From assembly GCA_013239625.1 (NCBI GenBank), contig MU054400.1:2205345-2269344 (forward strand): a stretch of 64,000 nt of DNA. Direction: 5' to 3'. Each line of letters begins with the position of its first letter. Position 1 is the stretch's first letter. The translations under genes and the position numbers were made by a program. The notes under the pieces were generated by a model. The model saw only the letters and a list, made by a program, of their open reading frames with translations, did not search any database and was not told the origin of the DNA. Source of the DNA: Lama guanicoe. Lineage: Eukaryota. This document shows positions 14,101 to 26,100 of the stretch, one piece after another.

Positions 14101-17100
14101 CTTATAGTATATGGAGATAATGCCTAAGAACTTCGTGGATGAAATGTAATTCACTCAGGAAAAAGAGAAAAGATTTTACAAATATTTCCACTTCTGTGAA
14201 TTTGGAGATTCCAAAATGTTTTTAAAATATATCCCATAAGAACATTTTGGTTGGTTGTCTTTGTATACAATTGTGTCAAGTACTGAAAGTGGTATTCTTT
14301 CCCTATTGCTTTTATTGCCTTTTCATAATACGATATTTCATCAAATCTAAAATGCCATTAACTGTAAGACAAACCCTTATTTTTTATATATCAAGAAAGA
14401 AAAAACGCTGCCAACTATGACATACCATCAACTGTAAAGCATATCCTGCCATCAAAGATGATAAAACGTGAAAAAAAAATGTGAATCTTACAATCAACGA
14501 AAAATGGTAGACTTTCATCAACATTTGTGGTATTATTTTAAACCTAAGTAATGACTGGGGCCACCTTTGTAATTTTTTCTTTCCAAAGTTCCCTTTTGTA
14601 TGTATAACACTGGCTCTTAGTTTTAATTATATCACATTTACCATGTTAAGAAAATAGAAACCTGTTGTATTTTTTCTTTAGGTTTAAATCTAGATTTGAT
14701 CTTTATATTTCATTAGATGAGTTCCTGCTATCTATTGAGACAAATGAGTTTCCTTCTCTTTTTTCCAATTAATTTGATAAATTACACCATTTTAGTTGTG
14801 AGGGGCACAACTGCAAAAGCAGACAAACCCTAAAGTTACATTTCGGTGTTAAACTTTTTAGAGCAAGAGATAGTTGAAAACAAGTGTGAAACAATAGGAA
14901 ACGGCATGCCCTTAGGATAAAATATTATTCAGCCATGATATCATGATATAGTATGAATATTTAATGATTGTTGTCAAGTGTTTGTGATATATTAAGTGAG
15001 AAAAGCTAGCTACAAAAGTATATCTACAAATACAACAGAAACAATACACCTTTAAAATAAGATCTTTTTACCTTTTCTCTCCAATATGTGTAAACAAGCA
15101 TATAAAAAATAAAATCAAACTCTTTCTGTAATCAATTTAAAAACTGATTAAGGGGGAAGGGTACATAGCTCAGTGGTAAGAGTACAAGCATAACACGCAT
15201 GAGGTCCCAGGTTCTATCCCTGGTATTTCTACCAAAAGTCATAAATAAACAGATAAACCTAATTACTTCCCGCACAAAAACTTTTAAAAATAAACAAATA
15301 AAATTTTTAAATATTAAAAAAAACCTGATTAAGCCACCCCCCCACTTTGAAAGTATTTTAAGTTGAGAAAATATTTCCCTTTCAGACTGTTTTTACTTCA
15401 TGAAAACATCAGAGCTAAACTCTAGAAGAAAATATTAGAGCTGGAAAACATTTGCTTGACTTCTGCCAGGGAGCCAGAAATCCAGAAAAAAAAGAAATCG
15501 TGTTTCAGATGTCTCTGGCTTAATTTAGCTAGTTTAAGTATTTAATATGAAACCCTTCCCTCACTCTTAGAACAATGGGACAGGAAACAGGACTTGAACA
15601 AGGCTTGGCACGCTTTGTGTCTCCCCATGCAAGCCTGCCTTTTCATGTCTGCAGCAGTAACCAGCCCACGCAGGAGGTGTGGCCAGCGTTCCTGGACGCT
15701 CAGAAGGAGCAAGAGAACTCTCAAAACTGATCATATGATCTTTCCCCCATTTTTTAGTGGCTAGAAGGGTTCTTTTGAGGGAAGAAGGAAAATTTTAAAA
15801 ACAAAACTGAGAATTTGCTAATTTGAAATAATAACTGTGGAAGTCTTTATTCCAGTCATGCCTGCTTCAGGTTTAATCAAACATCTAGACATAAGAACAG
15901 AGGGGCCTAGCCCCTTCTCAAGGGCCAGTGGCTCTGTCTCCTCATAGAATATATGTGTGTGTGTGTGTGTATACATCCAGTGAAAAAGAAACAGTCACTG
16001 AAAGAGAGAATAAATCTGTGTAACTTTTATAATCAGAAAAAATGTTATTCTAAAAAAATTAAAGAATGGACAGAAATGGGAAATTCTTTCACATTACTAG
16101 GCAGTAGTAAAAAAAAATTTAGTATAGAAGTTTTGACATATATTAAGTTGAACTAATAGATACCCGATTTGAATCCTATAAAGGACTTATATTTCTTCTC
16201 AAATGTTCTATAAAAATTTACCATGTATTCAGCCGTAAAGAAAATGTCAATAATTCCAGAAAGTTTACCTGAAATTAATAATAATGGCTTGAATTTTAAA
16301 ATCTAACCACTTAAAATTGCAAACTACATAGGTAACAATAGCATCTCTCTTTCTCGCTCCGAGGCACTGAGTCTGGGATGCAGCAGAGGCACCCCGTGAA
16401 CACGTGTTGAGGATGCGGCGTGCCAGGCACTTCCGGAGTCACCGTCTCATGTAAAACCTCCATACACCCCGCACACCCCAGATTCTGACAGATAAGGAAC
16501 CTGAGGTTCACACAGGTTTAGTTCCATGTCCGGGCCTATACAATAGAGCTGGTGTTCACACCCAAGCCCGGCTGACTGCCAAGTCTATGACCCGTCTCAT
16601 ATTTCTTATCCCTTTACTATGTAACCAACACACAGATCTCGAACAGATCACTTGCCTTCATAAAATTAATAAACAGAAACCAAAATTCCTGAGTCTGCTA
16701 GTCTTTTCCATGGTGGAGATTCCTTGATTTTTTTCCAGACAAATCTGTGTGTGCACATATTGACAACCCACACACTTAGTTTTATAAACAAAAATTAAAC
16801 TGAAACTTCCTGATTTTTATACAGTCTTGATTATGTCAGCCTGGCAAGACTGAATAATACATAAACATAATTTTGAAAAGAATCAGACAGACCAAAAAAA
16901 GGCAAAATAAATACCTCCAACCTTATCAACTTGCTGCGGTTAAAGAAAGAAAAAAATTCATGAAGATATTAGGCTTAGGCATGTCCGAAAATATGATGGC
17001 AAAGGGCAGCTTTTTTCTCCTTGATGAATGCAGACATTATCTTCAACTATTCCTTCCAAATATAACTACACATTCTCCTACTTACTAATTTTTTTTACTA

Positions 17101-20100
17101 AAAAGAAGCATGATTTTTTAAAAGACTGTACACAAGTCTATAAAACCAAATAGAAAAAAAACCCCACTGAGACTATACAAATACACTGTACTACAATATT
17201 ACATATAACATATTTTAAATCTGAAAATAAGAAAGAGATTAATGTTTAGACTTTACCTTCCTGGAATCTGATCTTGCTGGGATATAAATATAATGCCCCA
17301 AATGAGTATCAAATGGTACAGTATATGGTCTCTTTTCAAGGATCCTGGCATCTGGCCCATCTCCACAAGTTTCCTTAGCAGGAGAAGTCATTGACAGGTT
17401 AAGTTTTGTTAGTTCTTCATTCAGTTGATCCACAAGAAGTTGTTGTTCTATTATTTTTTCATTCTTTGTAGAAGAGAGACAAGAATTTTAAAAATAGACA
17501 ACCTCAGTACATGTGTAATGATTAAAAATAAATTGTATATGGACCAAAATCACAACTACCTTAACAAAAACAGTAAAAATTTATTTATCCAAAGACTAGC
17601 TTCTGGTGTTCACAAGAATCTAGGATTGTTCCGAGTGGTAAAAATTTGTGAACAGTAAGCAGCAACAAACACAGCCTAAAGAGTTAAATACTCAAAGATA
17701 ACGAACGTCCCATACCCTGTGCTTGCCAACCTGAAGCACTCTGATTAGTTGGTCTTTATAAAAGTTTCAACTTCCTGAGTGAAATTCAAGAAGTAACAAG
17801 AGACAAGGAAGTTGACAAGTGGTGAAAGAATTGCAAATAGTTGAGGTGACAGCAAAGAAAGTGGTAACAGGTACAGTGAAGTGAAAGCCTGTACAGAGTG
17901 AAAAAGAAAGCCAGAACCACAAAGAGATAGAAGATGGGCAAGTGAGAGTCGTGGGAGAAAGGAGAACTTGGAAATCAAAGGCTGCACACATTGTATATGG
18001 GAGTAGGGAAAGGGGGAGAGGGGGAGAGGGGGAGACAGGGAGAGAGAAGAGGGAACAGAGAGAGAGAGCCACACACTGTATGTGGTTTAGTTTTTTATGC
18101 ATCCTCTAAAGAAAAATTCTGAAGTATTATCCAACCTAGAAAGCTCAACATCAATCTTTGTTTTATAATCACAAAACTATGTAAGCGAGAAATGTCATTC
18201 ATCTCAATACGTCCCATGGACTATAATGTTTAAATAGGGGGAAAAAAACCCCTAAAGTTTCACTGTGTTAATGCTGAACTATAAAATGTAACTTTATTTA
18301 AAAGTCATGTATTCAGATAATTAAAATATACGACACCAATAGCATATAAATCGAGGCAGGTATTAAACAGAGTCCTTATATTCTCTAGGGAAAGGGTAAA
18401 GATATCAATTAATATTAGACTGTATTAAGTCAAGGGTGCGTGGTATACTCTCTAGGATAACCACTAAAAAGGGGGAAAGTTCAACCTCTAAGGTAATTAA
18501 GTAAATACAAAAAGTAAAAATACACAATTAATCCAAAAGAAGGTAAGGAGGAGAGAAAAAGGAACATAGATCAGACAGGATTAGTAAAAATCACAATGGT
18601 GGAATCATAACCAGAATACAATAGTAATCGTGTTAAATTCAGAAATGAACTGAGTAATCAAAATTAAAGGAGAAAGACTGTCAGAATGAATCATAAAATT
18701 ATCCAGTCTACTGCTTAAAAGAAAGTTAAAATTGACACAGAAAGATTAAAAAGAAGATGGAAAAAGACACTCTGGAAATATTAATCAAAAGAAAGCTGGT
18801 ATAGCTATATTAATAAAATAGACTTACAGGCAAAAACCATTAGAAGAGATAAAATGAGGCAAAAAACTGATAAAAAGGTAAATTCACCAGAATGATGTAA
18901 CAATTTTACATGTCTACATACTGATAACCCATATTCAATATATATAATGCCAAAATTGTCAGTATTCATGAAGAAGGACAAATCCAAAGTCACAGTGGGG
19001 GATTTTAACGTCACTCTAAATTACCAATACAACAAAAAGACCAAAAAAGTGAGTAATAATATAGATTTGAATAATGTAATTAACAGGATTAAGAGAACCC
19101 AGAGGTTGCAGAATACACGTTCTTTTCAAGCACATTTCTAGTATCTACAAAAACTAGCCTTATGCTGAGCCATACAGCAAGTTTCAACACATTCAAAGAA
19201 CTGAAATCATATGGACCATAATGCAATTAAGCTAAAAATTAATGATAAGAAATCCTCCATGTGTTAGAAATAAGATAACTATATAACCCAGAGATCAAAG
19301 AAAAAAGTCACAAAAAATTAGGAAATACTTTGAGCTGAATGTGGAATGCAGGTAAAGATAAGCTTAGGAGGCACCATATAACTTTAAATGCATATATTAT
19401 AAAAAAGGCTAAAAATATATAGAAAGCTAAAAATCAATAAACTAAGTATCCATCTAAAGAATTTAGAAAGATAGCATACAGTTTCCCCCCAAAAAGCAGA
19501 CAAATGAAATAATAAAGGTAAGAACAGAAGTTAATTAAATAATAAAGAAACATACACTAGAGAAGATTAACACTGTCAAGAACTGCCTCTCCAAAGACAC
19601 TAATAAAACTGATAAACCCTTGGTGAATCTGACCAGAAAAAAAGAGAAGGCACAAATTACCAGGAATAAACAGGGGCTATCATCACATATCTAAAGAGAT
19701 ATGAGACTATTAGAAACTTATGCCAATAAATATGAAAACTTAGATACAGTGGTCAGATTCTTAGAAAAATGAACCTTATCAAAGGGGAGGCAAAAAGGAA
19801 ATATGATTGAATTCATACTCAAACGTTCCCACAAAGAAACGTCACACTCTCAAATATTTTACAGGTGAATTCAATCAAACATTTAAGGAAGAAAGAATAC
19901 TAATTTTTCACACACTAGAAAAATAAAGAACGCTACCTAACCTATACCGCAAGGCTAATCTAAGTTGTTATAATATCTGACAAGAATATTCTGAGACAGG
20001 AAAATACAGGCTAACTGCACATGTGCACAGAGATGCTAAAATCCTAAACAAAATAATTGCAAGCCAAATCAAGAACATTTGTAGAAAAGAATTAACCTAG

Positions 20101-23100
20101 CAAGCCTGCCTGCTATCCTTTGAAAGACCTGCTTACAAGGTTGTCCACTGGCTGGTGTCTGTTCCCAAAACCCTAACTGGTAAGAGTGGCTTACTGTGTT
20201 CAAACTGTTAAGACAAGGTAGTTTACGCTGAACACCTGCTTTCCTTCTGGTAGTCTGGAAATTTAGTACATGCTGGGCAGAGAATGCCTTCATTACCACC
20301 CCTCAATGAAACCTGAGTCTCTACTGAGTTCCCTCATAGAAAACAATTCACATGAGTTGTCACAGTCTTTGCTGGAGAAATTATGTACACGTGGGTGATT
20401 CCACTGGAAGCCTGTGCTTGGTTTCTTCCAGACTTCATTCTATGGGTGTCTTCTCTTTGCTGCTCATTTCTCTCATTTCACTGCAGTAAATCTTAGCCAT
20501 GAGCACAACTATGTGCTGAGTCCTCCCAGTGCATCATCCAACCTGAGAGTGGTCTTGGGGACCCCCAATACAACAGTACATCATGACCAAAAAAAGGGAT
20601 TATTCTAGGAATACAAGATTGGTTTAAAATTATAAAAATCAACAGAATTCACATTAATAGAATAAAAGGGGAAAATCATGATAAAGGAAAATCATTTGAT
20701 AAAATTTAATATCCATTCATAATAGAAGTTCTCAGCAAAGAGATTTTCCTTGGTTTGATGAAGGATAAATTTAAAAATATCTACAGCAAACTTGATACTT
20801 AATAGTGAAATGATGAAAATTTTTCTTCTATGGTTGGAAACAAGACAAAGACACTTGCTATCACCACTTATATTCAACACTGTATAGAATATTGCAGCAA
20901 ATGAAGAAAGGTTAAAAAAAAACAAATAGAAAGTATAAGGATTATAAAGGAAGAAATAAAAACGTCATTATTTGCAGAAGATACAATTGGAAACAAAAAT
21001 ACAAAAGAATTTACATAAAATATCAGAATTAAAAAGTAAATTTAACTGTATTGCTGGGTAAAAGCTATCAATATACAGAAATCAGTACAGTTACACGTAC
21101 TAACAGTTAAGAAAATAACAATTTAAAAAGATACCATTTACAGTCACATAAAAAAATCAAGTACCTAGGAATGAATCTAACAAAAGATGTACAGTACTTC
21201 TACAAACACACACACACAAATCATTATGAGAAAAACCAAAGAAAATGTGAGTACATGGAGGGAGGTAACATGTTCATGGATTAGTTAGAAGACTCACAAT
21301 CAAAAGATGTTAATTTTTTCCAAATGTACCTTATAGATTTAACCCAATCTCAGCCAAAATCACAACTTTGTGTGTGTATGGTCCCTGACAAACTGACTCT
21401 AAAATTTATATGGAACAACCAATACATTCTTGAGAAAAAGGGAAATAGAGCAAAGACCTTGCTCTACAGAATATCTAGACTTATTAGAAAACTACATTAA
21501 ATAAATGTGATATTGGTCCAAGGATAGACAAACCAATGGGACACAACTGAAGTCCCATAAATACACGATACATGCATGAATGAACCTTGACTTATGACAA
21601 AGATAGCACTCAGAAGAGTGGTGAAAAGATCACCTTTTCAGTAAATGATGCCAGAACAAATGGATATCCATTTGGAAAAAACTGAAATTTGACCTATACC
21701 CCATACATAAAAATCAATTTCAGGAGGACTATAAAGCTAAATGCGTCAGACGAACGAAATTTGTAGTAGATACTGATGGGCATATGTAGAACAGATAAAC
21801 AAGATTATACTGTATAGCGCAGGGAAATATGTACAAGATCTTGTGGTAGCTCACAGCAAAAAAAAATGTGATAATGAAGATATGTATGTTCATGTATAAC
21901 TGAAAAATTGTGCTCTACACTGGAAATTGACACAACATCGTAAACTGACTATAACTCAATTAAAAAAAAAAGGTTAAAAAAAAAGCTAAATGTGAAAGGC
22001 AAAACTACAAAGCTCCTAGAAGATAATATAGAAAGTATTCTCAGAGGAAAGGGCTGGGAAAAGGAAAGTCTTGTTAAATAGAGCACCAACGTCATTAACC
22101 ATTAAGAAAAAGATTGTTGAATTTGATTCCACCTTTTCATCAAAAGACAACATTAAGAGTAAAAGCAAGTCACAGAAAGGGAAAAAATATTTGAAATCAT
22201 ATAACAGAGAACTCATATGCAGATTATCTAATATGCTTCTGCAAATTAACTGAAAAGACTCAGTCCAATAGAAAAACAAGCAAGAGACTTGTATGAGCTT
22301 CTCACAAAAGAAAGTATCCCAACAGCCCAAAAAACTAGAAAAAGTGCTCAACTTCACTAGTCACTGGAGAAATGCAAATTAAAAACACAACAAAATAACA
22401 CTACAAACCTACAGGTTGCCTAAGATTTAAAAATTAACAATAACAAATGCTGGCAAGCAAGTGTATAAGCAGCAGGAGTGCTTATACAGAGCTGGTGCAA
22501 GTATACAGTGGAAAACAGTTTCGTTTTATTTACTAAAGTTGAAAATTTGATGTGCAGTCAAATTCTAACAATTCTACCTAATGAAACTGAATACTTAAAA
22601 AAAAAAAAAAGAGTTGAAGATTAGCCAGCCCTATGACTTAGCAATTCAACTCCTAGGCACAAATCCGAAGGAAATGTGTGTGCATGTGCACCACGAGACA
22701 TGGATAAGAAAACTCATAGGAAAAAAGAAGTCCCTCAACAATAAAGCAGAAAAACAAATTGTGGTATATTTTGCATACAGCTATAAAACTGATCAAGCTG
22801 CAGTGACAAACAACAACAGATAAATCAGAATCAGAACAGACAAAATGTTCAATAAATGCAACCAGATACTAAAAAAATATATACTGAATGATTAAATTCA
22901 TAAAAATTCCAAAAACTAAACCGTAGTGTTCAAGGATACACAGTAAAACAACACAGCAAAGCAAGGAGATGAATTACTATGAAAGGAAGGAGAGCAGCTC
23001 TCTCTGAGGAGAAGACACGAAGGACGTCTGAGGGGCTGGCAGTTTGCTATTGCTTGATCTGGCAGTGGTTACCCAGCCGTTCTCTTCGTGATAAATCAAC

Positions 23101-26100
23101 GAACAATACATTTTGTTTTATGTTTTTAAATTATTCAAAATTACAAAATTAAAAAGGGAAAGAAAAATAATGTCAAAATCAAAGCCTAACTCATCCTGGG
23201 TCAGATTATTACTCAGGGCGACAGTTACTTCCTGATAGGAAGGAAAGGTTTTAAATGAAATTAACTGTTCTGGGGGTGGGAGCGTTCATACCAGGGAGTA
23301 TCCTATTTAGGGGCATACCATGTTACACTGCAGGCACATCCATGTTAATAATATGAAAGCTAAGGTAGAGAATTGGAAAGATTTAGCCAAAGTTAAAGAG
23401 CAAATTATTGATGGAGTATAAAAGGATAATCTAACAAATTAAAAAGTTTAAATTCTGCATTTACCTTCCAACACTTAACAATATCACATTGTCTATTACC
23501 TTGGCGAACAAGGGAAGGGAAGAGTATAAAAAAAAAGATACCATAATATGTTTTGCAAGTTAAGTTCCTGGGTGTTAGGCTTTATGTTTTTGAAATATAA
23601 GTCTAACTAACAATAAAAATGTTTTCCCTTTATACCAGTTCAGGGGGAAAACTGCAATAACTCTTTTAGGTGCTTGTGTTGAGAACTCGTCAAATGAAAC
23701 TGATTTTTGCAAACATTCCCACTTATCATTTAAAACGCTATTCCCTTTAATAAGGTACTCTTGCAACGAAATATATAGAGCAAGGTACATTAAGAGACTC
23801 TACCTGCAACCTGTTCACTTTTTGCGCTTCTTTCAAAGATACAACATGTCCTTTGTTTTCCTGCACCATCATTTGCACTTGATTCTTTAGTTCCTTCACC
23901 TCCAGGTCCTTCTGATTAAATACTACTTCATCAGCTGCAAGAGCACACTGGGAGGAGGGAAAGAAAGCATAAGAGAATCACCATGGAAAATAAGAAAGCG
24001 CACATAATACCACAAAATCTGTGGTTTAATGACAGCTAGGCAATGTCTCTTACAATTTTCTTATTCTGTTCATTATCAACTTTTCTTCTGGTTTCTTTAT
24101 AAGAAAGAAACAGCTGAGAGGACCTACAACTGCTATAATGTAATAATCACCACAAAGATAGGAAGATTTTTCGGATTTTTATTTTCTGCATTTTAAAACT
24201 GAAACCAGTGATTCAGGTTGTAGAGTACATTCAATAAGATTTTTACAAGTTTGCTAGAATTGCCGTAAGATTTTAACGTGGGTTTTTAAAAATCAAAGAG
24301 GTCACATTTTCCCAAACTGACCTATAGAGTTTAAGAATGCATTTGGATATCTAAATAAAGAGTATTTGCTAATTTTGTAAACTTTCACTTTGAAGAGCTA
24401 TATTTTGAAGCTGTCAGAAAATACAGTTAAACAATTAGTTTTCTTAGTTTCCACTGAATTATTCCTGTTTCCAAATAAACTTGGGATATGCAAATAAATA
24501 CATTAAAAATAAATTTTCAACTAAATAAACAGAAAATTAGCATTGGCCAAGGGTCTACTTTATGCTAGGATGTGATTTTTAAAGTAATTTTAAAATATTT
24601 TAAAATATCTCACTGAATAGACACGATTCCTCTTTCCTGAAGAAGCTACAGCTCAATAAGTTAACACCTCTTCGTAAGATGACATCAAACTTAAAAATCA
24701 AAGAGGTCACATTGGATAAACCAAACTTCTGACATTCAGCTACAGTGTCTGTCTGAATCTGAAACCTGTGCTCTTTCCACTAAGCCACAGGAAAAGACAA
24801 AAACACGTAGCTGATTTACACAATAGTGTTTCCTTTACAAACAAGATTTAATTCACAAAAACGAAGTATGTACGTGACTCCCCAGGTGGTGGGAACCTGT
24901 GGGCTGAGGCTAGCCTTGATTTTACCACAGTCTCCCCTTAGGGCTTTGGGCAAGATCCTTCTCTTCTCTGCTTAGATCTTCAAATGACCCTGGTCTTTAG
25001 AACTCTATGCGTTTATATAACCTATGTGACTCCTCTTTTTAAAATAAGATATAACTGTAATTCACATCAGTTAAGATTCTCTTCTACGGGCAATTAGCTG
25101 TCCATCTGAGAAGCTAAAATGTAATTGCTCTCCCAGTGCTGCATATTTAAATATTTTTATATACGCTTGATAAACTAGAGTTTTATTATTTATTATTTAT
25201 TTAAAAGAGTGTTTATCCGTTGAGTATATTCATGTTTACATAGTGTTCTTGTGTTTAAATTCTGGGGTTAAAAAGCAACAAAGTCCCCTACGAGGTATTT
25301 ATGAGAGGATGGAACATTCCACTAATTGACAAGTGGTAAAAAACCAAGCTTACAACACTATCTGACAGTATCTGAAAAGGAGAAGACAGTAACTTCAAAA
25401 TGACACTGCTTCTGTAGCAAAAGTCCAGCTCTTATTCTGCCTGCGAGATGGCCCACAATCTCATCTTGCCGAGGAATTTGTTTTTAAAATACTCACCTGC
25501 CTGCCTACTAGGCCCAAAGGAGCAGGGCTGAGCAAAGAGAATGTCCACGCCTCTCAGCACACAGACCCACTGACTCCCTGAGCAGATGAGTTTATCGAGC
25601 TGCCTCCACAGAATGCCTGGCACGTGGCCCTACCTACGGCTACTGAGTCCAACCCCTTAGCTACCACCGATGTATAACCTAGGCACAGGCAGGTGAAAAA
25701 TAAATGAGAGATCACAATAAGCTAACATGTGTAACATGTGTTGTGCCTTCCTACAGCTCAGACATCGTCTCATCACTTCATGGGAACTAACAGTGCTCTA
25801 ACAGCCTTCACAACAACCCTGCATGGAGCTTATTATTAGTGTTTCCATTTTACAGATGGGGAAACTGAGGCACAGAGAGGTTAAGTATCTGTCTAAGGTC
25901 AGAGCGCCCATAAGCGGAGGAGCTGGAACTCAAACCTTGGGAGTCTGATACCCGTGTTCTTAACTACTATGATATTCTGTCTCTCACAGGAAAAAAAGAA
26001 CAGAAAAGAAAATTTTAAAAACAATTTTTTAAAGAGACACATTGGGTAAGGAATGACAGCAATCATTTCTCTATTTGCTGTTCAGTGGTATCCAAAGATG

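Larger units (their letters stand above)
18270..23165 (+). mobile_element. Old L1 (L1M-type, ORF2 to 3'UTR) with nested insertions
   Basis: Continuous A-rich degenerate ORF2 motifs (aaagctggtatagctatattaata, tcattatttgcagaag, aaatgcaaattaaaa). Confidence 0.85.

Noticed and set aside
15153..15230. tRNA gene
   Set aside because: No clean cloverleaf; an A-rich tail and TSD identify it as a SINE.
17745..18102. Two ~110-aa minus-strand ORFs as an extra KIF27 exon
   Set aside because: Pyrimidine-rich low complexity; exons 5 and 6 already join in frame.
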